NCBI GenBank assembly: GCA_963801165.1
Contig: CAWDDT010000009.1
Span: 448,001-512,000 of the forward strand
Source: an uncultured bacterium
GTDB lineage: Bacteria; Actinomycetota; Acidimicrobiia; Spongiisociales; UBA5794
Reading direction: 5' to 3'
Length of the DNA stretch: 64,000 nt
This document shows, one piece after another, positions 17,208-26,742 of this stretch. Within the stretch, counting starts at the first letter, position 1, and the number at the start of each line of letters is the position of its first letter. The translations under genes and the position numbers were made by a program. The notes under the pieces are model-generated. The model searched no databases, was not told the origin of the DNA, and saw nothing but the letters and a program-made list of their open reading frames with translations.

Positions 17208-17438
17208 GTGAAGACGATCACCATCACAATTCCCGATGAGCTCGACGCCGAGGCCGCTGCTGAAGCGAGGCGGCGCGGCATCTCCAAGTCAGAGCTCATT
17301 CGCCGCGGGTTAGCTGCTGTTCTCCCCGATCAGGACATCGGAGCGGAGGAGGATCCTTGGCGTCGACTGGCAGGCTTTGCGTCGCCAAACGCGTCGGTTG
17401 ACCAAGGTGAGATCGACCGGGTCGTGTACGACTCGTGA
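17208..17438 (+). CDS. Ribbon-helix-helix (CopG/VapB) antitoxin
   Basis: KTITITIPDEL..EARRRGISKSELIR; GTGA overlap with the PIN gene. Confidence 0.88.
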   Translation: MKTITITIPDELDAEAAAEARRRGISKSELIRRGLAAVLPDQDIGAEEDPWRRLAGFASPNASVDQGEIDRVVYDS

Positions 17439-17845
17439 AATTCGCCGCCACCAGCTGGTGGGTTGCCTGGGCGCTGCCGGGAGATGGGCGACATGGTGAC
17501 GCGGTGGCGTTGCTGGATCATCTCGGACCCAACGAGCAGGTACTCACCACCAATCTGATAGTCGGCGAAACCTGGACCTTCTTGCGCCGCAAGGACGGAC
17601 ACGCCACGGCGGTCGGGTTCATCGACCGGGTCGGCGCGCTCGACCGGCAAGCCAAACTCACCGTCCATGGTGTCACCTCCGAGCAAGAGGACAAGGCGTG
17701 GGATTGGCTGCGCAGGCACGACGAACGCGCCTACTCGTTCGTCGATGCCACCAGCTTTCAGGTGATGCGCGACCGCCGCCTCCGGGAAGCTCTGGCATTT
17801 GACCAGGACTTCGCCGCCGCGGGCTTTGTCGAACTGCGCCCGTAA
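17435..17845 (+). CDS. PIN-domain (VapC) toxin; first catalytic Asp replaced by Ala
   Basis: F-A-A-TS (normally DTS), TTNLIVGET, YSFVDATSF.VM, AFDQDF..AGF. Confidence 0.88.
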   Translation: MKFAATSWWVAWALPGDGRHGDAVALLDHLGPNEQVLTTNLIVGETWTFLRRKDGHATAVGFIDRVGALDRQAKLTVHGVTSEQEDKAWDWLRRHDERAYSFVDATSFQVMRDRRLREALAFDQDFAAAGFVELRP

Positions 17846-17872
17846 CCCCAGGACATGCGCCCGCGAACCGCC

Positions 17873-17925
17873 ATTCTTGCCGCCGGAAGGCGCCGGTTGG
17901 TTGCCCGTCTTGGACGCCAGAAGCG
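17873..17925. repeat. REP-like imperfect palindrome, copy B
   Basis: TTCTTGCCGCC...TTGGACGCCAGAAGCG abutting the acyl-CoA dehydrogenase stop codon. Confidence 0.6.
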
Positions 17926-19068
17926 CTACAGACCCAGGCCGCGGCCGATGAGCTCTTTCATGATCTCGGTGGTTCCGCCGTAGATCGTCTGGGCGCGGCT
18001 GTCCGTGAACAATCGGGCAATCGGGTATTCGCTCATGTATCCGTAGCCGCCGTGGAGCTGGAGCCCACGGTCGACGACCTTGAGCTGGAGCTCGGTGCAC
18101 CACCACTTGGCCATGGCGGCGACGTCGGCTGTGAGCCGGCCTTCGACCAGCTCCAGCGTGCAGTGGTCGATGAACACCCTGGCGATCTCGAGCTCGGTCG
18201 CCAGCTCCGCCATGGTGAAACGGCTGTTCTGGAACCTGCCCACGGGTCGCCCGAACGCCTGGCGCTGCTTGATGTAGTCCATCGTCACAGCAAACGCCTT
18301 CTCGGCGGTGGCGACGGCGCTGACGGCGATGGTCATCCGCTCTCGTTCCAGCCCGGCCATCAGGTAGAAAAAGCCCATCCCTTCCTCGCCGATCCGGTTC
18401 TCGATCGGCACCTGCACATCGGTGAAGAACAGCTCCGAGGTGTCCTGAGCCTTGAGACCGATCTTCTCCAGGTTCTTGCCGCGTTCGAAGCCGGCCATGG
18501 ATGTCTCGACCGCCAGCAGGGTCAAGCCCCGATGCGGATCGTCCGAGGTTCGGGCAACCACGATGATCAGATCCGCGAGCTGTCCATTGGAGATGAACGT
18601 CTTGGCTCCGTTCACCGTGTACCCGTCACCATCGAGTCTCGCCGACGTCCTTATCCCGGCGAGGTCGCTGCCGGTGCCCGGCTCGGTCATGGCGATGGCG
18701 GTGATCAGCGATCCGTCGACGCAGCCCGGTAGCCAGCGGCGCTTCTGCTCCTCGGATCCGTACTCCTGGATGTAGGGAACCGCCATCTCCGAGTGAATGA
18801 GAAACCCGGGCCCGCTCACAAGCGCATCGGCCAGCTCCTCGATCATGACGACCGGGTAGCGGAAGTCGGCCACACCGGCGCCCCCGTACTGTTCGGCAAC
18901 CGAGTGGCACAGGTGACCCGCCGCGCCTGCGGCGAGCCAGCAATCCCGGCTGACCACCCCGTCCTTTTCCCATTGCTCGTGGAAGGGCACTAGCTCCTTG
19001 TCGATGAACTCCCTGGCCGCACGCCGGTAGAGCTTGTGATCAACGGTGTAGATGTCGCGTCTTGCCAT
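17926..19068 (-). CDS. Acyl-CoA dehydrogenase (long-chain type)
   Basis: IAMTEPGTGSDL, GAKTFISNG, KIGLKAQDTSELFF, QLHGGYGYM.EY, IYGGTTEIMK. Confidence 0.96.
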   Translation of the reverse strand: MARRDIYTVDHKLYRRAAREFIDKELVPFHEQWEKDGVVSRDCWLAAGAAGHLCHSVAEQYGGAGVADFRYPVVMIEELADALVSGPGFLIHSEMAVPYIQEYGSEEQKRRWLPGCVDGSLITAIAMTEPGTGSDLAGIRTSARLDGDGYTVNGAKTFISNGQLADLIIVVARTSDDPHRGLTLLAVETSMAGFERGKNLEKIGLKAQDTSELFFTDVQVPIENRIGEEGMGFFYLMAGLERERMTIAVSAVATAEKAFAVTMDYIKQRQAFGRPVGRFQNSRFTMAELATELEIARVFIDHCTLELVEGRLTADVAAMAKWWCTELQLKVVDRGLQLHGGYGYMSEYPIARLFTDSRAQTIYGGTTEIMKELIGRGLGL

Positions 19069-19089
19069 CTGCCCATTATGCCGTAGCTC

Positions 19090-20223
19090 TCAGAGGGCGC
19101 GGGCAGGAGCCTCGGTGTCGGCGCATACGTGGAGCGACCAGACCCATCCGGTCCAGACGAGGGCAATATTGCGGGCCACGATGACAGCCCACCACCAGAG
19201 ATACCCGCTGAACCAGAATGTGACGAACACGCCGGTGAGGATGGCACTGGCTGTGGCTCCGACCCGAACCTTCTTGGAAGACGTCAGCGCGGCAAAAGGA
19301 GTGATCCAGAAGACGAACTGTGCGGACAGTAGCGGGCTGAGCAGCATGACCGCGATGGCAAGCGTGCCGATCAGATCGGTGGCGCGCCTCCAGTCAAAAG
19401 AGGTACGCAACGCTCGGAGCGCGCTCAAACCGATAGCGAGGCCGATAGCGGCATTGACGACCACGGCCCATGTCCCGACCGCGACGTAGGACGCGCCGGC
19501 GGTGGTCGCCACCTGCGGGTCGGTTCCCAGCCAGAGGCGGGCTAGACCTGTGATGGCCCCGGTGACCGTCTCAATGTGGACACCGAAGAACTCCCGTCCG
19601 GATCGGAACAGGGGCAGCGTGGTCAATACCAGTGCACCCGCGGCGGTAGCGATGACGGTGGTGATCGCTCGTCGGTAGCGATGCCGCCACCAGTCAACGG
19701 CGGCCATGACGATTGGCCAACCCTTGGCAGCGATCGCGGCTCCCAGGGCCCATCCCGATCGAGCGTCTTCGCCCTCGATGGTGAGGACCAGGGCGAGCAG
19801 CGCGAGCAGAACTGACACCGCGTCCAGCCTGAAAGCGATCAGCGGCAAGATCGCCCACGAGATCTTCAACCACCTGATGGCGGCGCCGTCGACCCCGAGC
19901 CGCCGGCCGAGTCGGTTGACCGTGAGCCCGATCCCGAACAGCACTACTCCCATGACTGCCCAGAGGACGACGGCGTAGCTGACGCCGACGATCCTCTCGA
20001 TTGCCCCGATCACGAGCATAGGGACAACGGCTAGGGGCAGGTGTTCGAACTCAAAATCCAGGTAGGGCACGTCGCCGTTGAACATGTGGTGGGTGCGCGA
20101 GGCATACGCGGCTGCGTCGTTGTCGAGAGCCGCAGAAGTGAGGTTCGAGGCGATCGCGAGACCGGCGATCAGTATCGCTGCGAGGAACAGCATCCACCGC
20201 AGTTGCTCCAGCCTCGGTTTCAC
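19090..20223 (-). CDS. Polytopic membrane protein, glycosyltransferase family 87 (GT-C)-like
   Basis: PYLDF.FEHLP, RLD, K.WP, LSAQFVFW motifs; many TM segments. Confidence 0.75.
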   Translation of the reverse strand: MKPRLEQLRWMLFLAAILIAGLAIASNLTSAALDNDAAAYASRTHHMFNGDVPYLDFEFEHLPLAVVPMLVIGAIERIVGVSYAVVLWAVMGVVLFGIGLTVNRLGRRLGVDGAAIRWLKISWAILPLIAFRLDAVSVLLALLALVLTIEGEDARSGWALGAAIAAKGWPIVMAAVDWWRHRYRRAITTVIATAAGALVLTTLPLFRSGREFFGVHIETVTGAITGLARLWLGTDPQVATTAGASYVAVGTWAVVVNAAIGLAIGLSALRALRTSFDWRRATDLIGTLAIAVMLLSPLLSAQFVFWITPFAALTSSKKVRVGATASAILTGVFVTFWFSGYLWWWAVIVARNIALVWTGWVWSLHVCADTEAPARAL

Positions 20224-20224
20224 G

Positions 20225-21049
20225 TCAACCGTCTCCGCCGAAGCCGAGCAGGCTCTCCCGGTTCAACGCCCGTGACCCCGAGACCAGCCCGAGTATGGCG
20301 AGGATCCAGGCGACCGCCCCTATAACCAGCGCCGCGATGACGGGGTCGATCAGTAGACCGCTGGACACTCCGTATGCGGCCATGATCACCGGGAGCGACA
20401 CCAGGGTCGCCGCCTGCTGGGCGGCGGCGGTGCTGCGCACCTTCGATGACACCCACAGGATGACCGACAGTGCCAGGGCGATAAACGGGGGAACGACCCA
20501 GAAGATCAGGATCCACCAGCCGGCAGTAGGGAAGAACCAGCCCCCGACCAGCGGTCCCACCTTGGCGTTGACGAGCAGCGAGTAGACGAAGAAACCCATG
20601 CCCGTGGCGATGAACCCCGGTACGACACTGGCGAGCATCTTGCCGAAAAAGATCTCGCGGATGGTGAGCGGCGAATGCGCCAGGAACTCACCGGTGCCGC
20701 GTTCCCGTTCCCCGACGATGGCATGGGCCCCTACGGCCGACGAGATCGTCAGCGGCACGACGATGGCGATTGGTGCCAGCAAGTAGACGGCCAGCATGTA
20801 AGCCCCCTGCGCCTGCGGCGTCGCCCCGACCACGTTCTGCTGGATCGGGCCGGGCAGGGTCTGCAGCACCTCACCGATCTTGTTGATCAGATCGCTGCTG
20901 TTGGTCGAGGTCACGACGGTGAGCAGACCGAGTGGGATGAACACGAAGAACACCGCAGCCAGGAACCCCATCGGGACCCAGTAGTCCTTCGACTTGAAGA
21001 GAACGCGCAAGTCGATGCGAGCAACCGTCATGACCTTGCCCCACCTCAT
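20225..21049 (-). CDS. ABC-2 type transporter permease
   Basis: IVGERERGTGEFLAHSP..IFFGK; ~6 TM segments; ATGA overlap with the ATPase gene. Confidence 0.9.
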   Translation of the reverse strand: MRWGKVMTVARIDLRVLFKSKDYWVPMGFLAAVFFVFIPLGLLTVVTSTNSSDLINKIGEVLQTLPGPIQQNVVGATPQAQGAYMLAVYLLAPIAIVVPLTISSAVGAHAIVGERERGTGEFLAHSPLTIREIFFGKMLASVVPGFIATGMGFFVYSLLVNAKVGPLVGGWFFPTAGWWILIFWVVPPFIALALSVILWVSSKVRSTAAAQQAATLVSLPVIMAAYGVSSGLLIDPVIAALVIGAVAWILAILGLVSGSRALNRESLLGFGGDG

Positions 21050-21963
21050 GGCTGCCTCCGTAGCGACCGCTGCATCTCGAAATACAGGGTCTCGAGTGTC
21101 GGGTTGTCGGGCTGGACCCGGGTGAGCCGAACCCCGCGGGCGACCAGGTCGGCTACCAGGTCCGGGAGACGATCCAGGTGGGTGAGCCGAACGTGTACCG
21201 ATCCGTTCCATTCGGCCGAGACGACGTGCTCGTGGCCCTCGATTCCGGCGAGAGCGCTGCGGTCCTCGGCATCGAGGATCACCGACGGGTTGGTGACGTA
21301 CTGGTCGGCGAGCTGCGACTGGCTGCCTGCGATCTGAGCCCTCCCCGCACCCATCAGGACTACCTGGTCGGCGACACCTTCGGCCTCGTGAAGGAGGTGG
21401 GTGCACAGCACGATGGTCCGGCCCCTTCCGGCGAGCTCACGGATGAGGTTGAGCACCGCGCGGGCAGATTCGGGGTCGAGACCGGCAGTCGGCTCGTCGA
21501 GGAGAAGGATCTGCGGGTCGTGCAGCACCGACCGGGCCAGAGCGAGCCTGGTACGCATCCCCGTGGAATAGCCCCCGACATTCAGATCCAGGGCATGATC
21601 GATCCCAAAGCGCCGGGCCGCGGGAAGGATCGCGGAGTTGTCTGCGTCGAATATGGCGGCGGTGTACTCGAGGTTCTCTTGTCCCGTGAGACGGTCATAC
21701 AGCGCCGGTTTCGGCGGTACTACCGCGGTCCTGGCGCGGACCCAGTCACCATCCTTTGCCGGGTCCTTGCCCAGCACCCGGATCTCGCCGCCATCAGAGC
21801 GGAGGGCGCCGGTGGTGAGGCGAACGGTCGTCGTTTTCCCGGCGCCGTTCGGTCCGAGCAGAACCGTGATGGACCCCTCGGGGACCGTCATGTTCAGGTC
21901 GTCGACTGCAGTGATACTCCCGAAGCGTCTGGTGACGTGTGAGAACTCGATGGCTGTAGGCAT
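21046..21963 (-). CDS. ABC transporter ATP-binding protein
   Basis: GPNGAGKTT, YSTGM, LLLDEPTAGLD, TH. Confidence 0.95.
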   Translation of the reverse strand: MPTAIEFSHVTRRFGSITAVDDLNMTVPEGSITVLLGPNGAGKTTTVRLTTGALRSDGGEIRVLGKDPAKDGDWVRARTAVVPPKPALYDRLTGQENLEYTAAIFDADNSAILPAARRFGIDHALDLNVGGYSTGMRTRLALARSVLHDPQILLLDEPTAGLDPESARAVLNLIRELAGRGRTIVLCTHLLHEAEGVADQVVLMGAGRAQIAGSQSQLADQYVTNPSVILDAEDRSALAGIEGHEHVVSAEWNGSVHVRLTHLDRLPDLVADLVARGVRLTRVQPDNPTLETLYFEMQRSLRRQP

Positions 21964-22011
21964 GGGTTCGATTATCGGTCCCGATCGTCCTCAACTGAAC
22001 CGCACGTTGTG

Positions 22012-23874
22012 TCACCCGGGAGTCAAGAACAGACCGGCGAGCGGCGGCACGGTAATCGACAGAGATTGCGCAAAGCCGTGGTTCTCCCGGTCCGTGGTCA
22101 CCAGGGGGCTTTCGTTGCGGACGCCGCTGCCGCCGTAGCGCGCGTCGTCGCTGTTGAGTATCTCGACCCATTCTCCGGCGACGGGGACACCGATCCGGTA
22201 GTCGTGACGAACCACAGGAGTGAAGTTGCCCACCCAGAGCAGCGGGTTGTCGTCGTGGTCGAGTCTCACGAAGGCGAAAATGCTGTTGTCGGCGTCATCC
22301 CCGATGATCCATCGGAAGCCTCGCTCGTCGAAGTCGCGCTCGTGTAGCGAAGGCTGGGCGCGGAGCAGCTCGTTGAGGTCGGCCACCCAGCGCTTCACCC
22401 CGGCGTGGTCCTCGAACTCGAGGGCACCCCAGTTCAGCTCGGTGGTGTGTGCCCACTCCTCATCCGCGCCGAACTCGCTCCCCATGAAGAGCAGCTTCTT
22501 GCCCGGCTGTGCGTATTGATAGGCGAGCAACAGCCGTAGCCCGGCGAACTTCTGCCAGCGGTCGCCGGGCTGTTTGGCAAGCAGCGAGCCCTTGCCGTGA
22601 ACGACCTCGTCGTGTGACAGCGGCAGGGTGAAGTTCTCGTTGAAGGCGTACACCATCCGGAAGCTCAACTCGTGGTGGTGAAAACGGCGATGGACGGGGT
22701 CGAGGGCGAAGTACTCGAGCGTGTCGTTCATCCAGCCCATGTCCCACTTTTGGCCGAATCCGAGCCCGCCGTGCTCGATGGGTCGGGTCACCGCAGGGAA
22801 CGCGGTGGATTCCTCTGCGTACATCTGGATGTCGGGGAACCGGCCGTAGGCGAACTTGTTTATCTGTTGGAGCAACGAGATGGCGCCGAGGTTCTCCCTC
22901 CCTCCGAACTCGTTTGGGATCCACTCGCCTTCCTTGCGGGAGTAGTCGCGGTAGAGCATCGACGCCACCGCGTCGACCCGGATCCCGTCGGCGTGGTACT
23001 TCTCGAGCCAGAACATGGCGCTCGACAGCAGGAAGCTGCGCACCTCGTACCGGTCGTAGTTGAAGATGAGGCTGTCCCAGTCGGGGTGGTAGCCCTCTTT
23101 CGGATCCTGGTGCTCGTATAGATGTGAGCCGTCGAACAGCGCCAGCCCGTGGGCGTCCCTGGGAAAATGCGATGGGACCCAGTCCAGGATCACACCGATC
23201 CCGTTCTGGTGGAGATAGTCGACGAGGTACATCAGGTCCTGGGGAGTGCCGTAGCGCGAGGTCGCCGCGTAGTAGCCGGTCAGCTGGTAGCCCCACGAGC
23301 CGTAGAAGGGGTGCTCCATGACCGGAAGCAGCTCGACGTGGGTGAATCCGGTCTCCTTGACGTAATCGGTTAGCTGGTGGGCGATCTCGCGGTAGCCGCC
23401 CGGCTCGTAGCGCCACGACCCGAGGTGCATCTCGTAGATGGAGATGGGGGCGTCGAAGGCGTTGGCGGCTCCGCGGGTGGCCATCCACTCGTCGTCGCTC
23501 CACTCGTATGCGAGATCCCAAACCACCGAGCCGGTGCGCGGTGGTTCTTCGGCCCTGAACGCAACCGGGTCGGCCTTCTCGACCGGGAGCCCTCCGTGGT
23601 CGGGGACGATGCTGTACTTGTACACGTCGCCCTGACCGACTCCCGGAACGTGTCCGTGCCAGATGCCGGATGGGTCTGCGTTGAGCGCCCAGCCGTCGCT
23701 CCAGCCGTTGAAGTCGCCGACGACCTCAACGCGCTTTGCCGATGGAGCCCAGACGCGGAATGTTGTTCCGTCCGGTCCGAGGTGTGAGCCAAGCACGTCG
23801 TACAGCGAGGTGTGGGTGCCGCCATTGAATGACCAGCGGTCGTCGTCGGTGAGGTCACGGGGTATGTCCGTCAT
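22012..23874 (-). CDS. glgB: 1,4-alpha-glucan branching enzyme (short form)
   Basis: [52 protein letters not shown]. Confidence 0.97.
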   Translation of the reverse strand: MTDIPRDLTDDDRWSFNGGTHTSLYDVLGSHLGPDGTTFRVWAPSAKRVEVVGDFNGWSDGWALNADPSGIWHGHVPGVGQGDVYKYSIVPDHGGLPVEKADPVAFRAEEPPRTGSVVWDLAYEWSDDEWMATRGAANAFDAPISIYEMHLGSWRYEPGGYREIAHQLTDYVKETGFTHVELLPVMEHPFYGSWGYQLTGYYAATSRYGTPQDLMYLVDYLHQNGIGVILDWVPSHFPRDAHGLALFDGSHLYEHQDPKEGYHPDWDSLIFNYDRYEVRSFLLSSAMFWLEKYHADGIRVDAVASMLYRDYSRKEGEWIPNEFGGRENLGAISLLQQINKFAYGRFPDIQMYAEESTAFPAVTRPIEHGGLGFGQKWDMGWMNDTLEYFALDPVHRRFHHHELSFRMVYAFNENFTLPLSHDEVVHGKGSLLAKQPGDRWQKFAGLRLLLAYQYAQPGKKLLFMGSEFGADEEWAHTTELNWGALEFEDHAGVKRWVADLNELLRAQPSLHERDFDERGFRWIIGDDADNSIFAFVRLDHDDNPLLWVGNFTPVVRHDYRIGVPVAGEWVEILNSDDARYGGSGVRNESPLVTTDRENHGFAQSLSITVPPLAGLFLTPG

Positions 23875-23938
23875 GGGCCCAAGTTAACACCGGCAGCTTG
23901 TTCCCATCGTGGAAAAGCGGACCCGGCCTCGCCGGGAC

Positions 23939-23966
23939 GTCGCGCGGATGTGGTCGCGCGAATGTG
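23939..23966. repeat. Tandem 14-bp direct repeat in the divergent glgB/glgC intergenic region
   Basis: GTCGCGCGGATGTG GTCGCGCGAATGTG (13/14 identical). Confidence 0.55.
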
Positions 23967-23979
23967 GCAGTATGTCCAC

Positions 23980-25230
23980 ATGAGTATGCGTGCTTCTGCT
24001 CCCAGTGTCCTCGCGATGGTGCTTGCGGGCGGCCAAGGGACGCGTCTTCTTCCCTTGACCCAGGTGCGGGCTAAACCGGCGGTTCCCTACGGTGGCCAGT
24101 ACCGACTCATCGACTTTGCGCTCTCCAATCTGGCCAACGGCGGGTACCGCAAAATCGTCGTGCTCACCCAGTACAAGAGCCACAGTCTCGACGTCCATCT
24201 TTCCCGCACGTGGCGGATGTCGACCTTTCTCGGCAACTACGTCACGTCGGTTCCCGCCCAGATGCGCCGCGGCCCGTGGTGGTTTGCGGGCTCCGCTGAC
24301 GCCATCTTCCAGAACCTCAATCTGATCGACGACGAGCAGCCCGAGTACATCTTCGTATTCGGAGCCGACCACATCTACCGGATGGACCCCGGCCAGATGC
24401 TCGAGCACCATATCGCAAGCGGAGCCGGCGTCACCGTCGCCGGGATCCGGGTGCCTCACGCCGAAGCCAAGGCCTTCGGCGTGATCCAGCGCAATCCGCA
24501 CTCGGCGCTCATCGACGCCTTTCTCGAGAAACCCGAGGACCCGCCCGGGCTTTCCGATAACCCCGATGAGGTGCTCGCCTCCATGGGCAACTACGTATTC
24601 ACCACTGAGGTCCTCGTCGACGTGCTCAACGCCAACGCCGAGGACCAGGAATCGGGTAGCGACATCGGCGGCGACGTGATCCCGGCCCTGGTCGCTTCCG
24701 GTCAGGCGTACGTATACGACTTCACCACCAACACGGTTCCGGGGGAGACGCCCCGCGACCGGCACTACTGGCGTGACGTCGGGACGCTCGACTCCTACTA
24801 CGAGGCCAACATGGATCTGGTGGCGCCTCTACCGGTGTTCAACCTCTACAACGATGAGTGGCCGGTGTTCACCTCGTTCCGCACTCTGCCTCCCGCCAAG
24901 GTCGTTGCGCACGGGGAGCTCGGTTCTGGTGAAATCGCCAACTCGATGCTGTCACAGGGGTGCATCATCACGGGAGCCACGGTACGTAACTCGGTGCTCT
25001 CGCCCAATGTGCGCATCGAGCCCGGGGCGGTCGTGGAAGGATCCATCCTTTTCGACGACGTCCTCGTCGGCGCCGGTGCGATGGTGCGCAACGCCATCGT
25101 CGACAAGCACGTCGTCATCCCGCGCGGCCGGCAGATCGGGGTCGATAGTGATCGCGACGCCAACGACTTCACCATTTCCCCGAACGGTGTCGTGGCCATC
25201 GGCAAGGGGCACAAGGTCACCTACGCCTGA
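23980..25230 (+). CDS. glgC: Glucose-1-phosphate adenylyltransferase
   Basis: [43 protein letters not shown], hexapeptide tail. Confidence 0.97.
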   Translation: MSMRASAPSVLAMVLAGGQGTRLLPLTQVRAKPAVPYGGQYRLIDFALSNLANGGYRKIVVLTQYKSHSLDVHLSRTWRMSTFLGNYVTSVPAQMRRGPWWFAGSADAIFQNLNLIDDEQPEYIFVFGADHIYRMDPGQMLEHHIASGAGVTVAGIRVPHAEAKAFGVIQRNPHSALIDAFLEKPEDPPGLSDNPDEVLASMGNYVFTTEVLVDVLNANAEDQESGSDIGGDVIPALVASGQAYVYDFTTNTVPGETPRDRHYWRDVGTLDSYYEANMDLVAPLPVFNLYNDEWPVFTSFRTLPPAKVVAHGELGSGEIANSMLSQGCIITGATVRNSVLSPNVRIEPGAVVEGSILFDDVLVGAGAMVRNAIVDKHVVIPRGRQIGVDSDRDANDFTISPNGVVAIGKGHKVTYA

Positions 25231-25314
25231 GCCCGACGCCCGTCCAGGTGGGCCGACGGTTAGCGTTCGGTGGGATTGAGTCGGCACGAGGGAGCCACGT
25301 GCTCGGTGACTCAC

Positions 25315-26742
25315 TTATGGCTTCGCGGGTAGCCCGGCAATCTCCGAGTACAGCTCGATGTGGCGTCGGGCGGGCTTCGTCCACGACCAGTCCTTGCGCA
25401 TCCCTCGCCGCTGGATCGCTTGCCGTCGCTGCTTGTGCCGCCAAGCACGTACCGCCCGGTGGAGCGCATCTACAACACCTGCCACATCGATTGTGGCTGC
25501 ATGGAAACCGGTGCCGTTGGCCCGGTCGGCGTCGGCATCGATGACCGTGTCGTGCAGACCGCCGACATCTGTGACGACGGGGATCGTTCCGTAGGCCATT
25601 GCCTGCATCTGAGCCAAGCCACAGGGCTCGAACCGGCTTGGCATCAGCAGCAGATCTGACCCGGCCAATATTTTGTGGGAGAGCGCCTGGTTGTAGCCGT
25701 CGGCGAAGTAGACGTGGTTCGGCCACGTGCTCGCTGCCCGCCGGGCCCAGTCGGCCAGCTCCCGATCTCCCGAGCCGAGCATCACCAGCCGGAAGGGGAC
25801 GCTCGGAGCGAAACGCACCGCCTCCAACGCCAGATCGACACCCTTCTGGTCGACCAGGCGCGTGACGATGCCGACGATCGGAGCTCCGTCCTCATTCCAG
25901 CCGGCCGTGGCAAGCAGCTCGTGACGGCAATCGTCCTTGCCATCGAGCTTGTCCGAGGTGAAGTTGGTCGCGATCATCGGATCCGTTGCCGCGTTCCATA
26001 TGTCGGTGTCGATCCCGTTCCTGATGCCGACGAGCCGGTCGCCGAGATCACTCAGGATGTGTGCCAGCCCCATTCCCGACTCGGGCCGGCGGATCTCGTC
26101 GGCGTAGTTAGGGCTCACGGCGATCACCCGGTCGGCCACCTGGATGGCACCGGCAAGCGGGTTGACTTCGCCGAAGCACTCGAACGCCGATTGGTGATGC
26201 GGGATACGCGGCAGCCATTGCCCCCCGGCCCATCCCTGATAACCGAGCGTGTGGATGGTGAAGACAGCGGGAGGGCGCCGCCACGCCATCCCCAGGGCTG
26301 CTGCCGTGTGCCAGTCGTTGAGATGCACCACATCGGCGTCGGTCTCCTCGATCATCCCGGCGACGGCAGCCGAGAAGGCGAAGAAGCGGTAGTCGTTGTC
26401 CGGCCATCCGTGCCCGTACTCGTCGATGTAGGGGTGCGGGCGCTCGATCCCGGGCACCTTGACGAGGGTCACCTCTCCAATACCCTCGACCACGCCACGC
26501 CGGGCGGAAGCCGGCTCGGCCCAGTCCGGTACCGAAACGGGTAGTGGTTGCTCATCTGCAAGCACCACCCCTGAATAGTCAGGGAGTGCCAGGTCCACCG
26601 TCACTCCAGCCTTGCGCAGCGCCGCAACCAGGCCGGAGGCGGCTTCGGCGAGACCGCCCACCCTGGCGAGGGGGCTGAGCTCGGCCGAGGCAAACAGGAT
26701 CTTCAGACCGGCTCGATCTGTTGGAGCAGAACCACCGACCAT
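25315..26742 (-). CDS. glgA: Glycogen synthase (GT5)
   Basis: ARVGGLAE, HLNDWH, AVSP.YA.EI, GIRNGID, RLVDQKG, MPSRFEPCGLAQM, GGLHDTV; start uncertain. Confidence 0.93.
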   Translation of the reverse strand: MVGGSAPTDRAGLKILFASAELSPLARVGGLAEAASGLVAALRKAGVTVDLALPDYSGVVLADEQPLPVSVPDWAEPASARRGVVEGIGEVTLVKVPGIERPHPYIDEYGHGWPDNDYRFFAFSAAVAGMIEETDADVVHLNDWHTAAALGMAWRRPPAVFTIHTLGYQGWAGGQWLPRIPHHQSAFECFGEVNPLAGAIQVADRVIAVSPNYADEIRRPESGMGLAHILSDLGDRLVGIRNGIDTDIWNAATDPMIATNFTSDKLDGKDDCRHELLATAGWNEDGAPIVGIVTRLVDQKGVDLALEAVRFAPSVPFRLVMLGSGDRELADWARRAASTWPNHVYFADGYNQALSHKILAGSDLLLMPSRFEPCGLAQMQAMAYGTIPVVTDVGGLHDTVIDADADRANGTGFHAATIDVAGVVDALHRAVRAWRHKQRRQAIQRRGMRKDWSWTKPARRHIELYSEIAGLPAKP

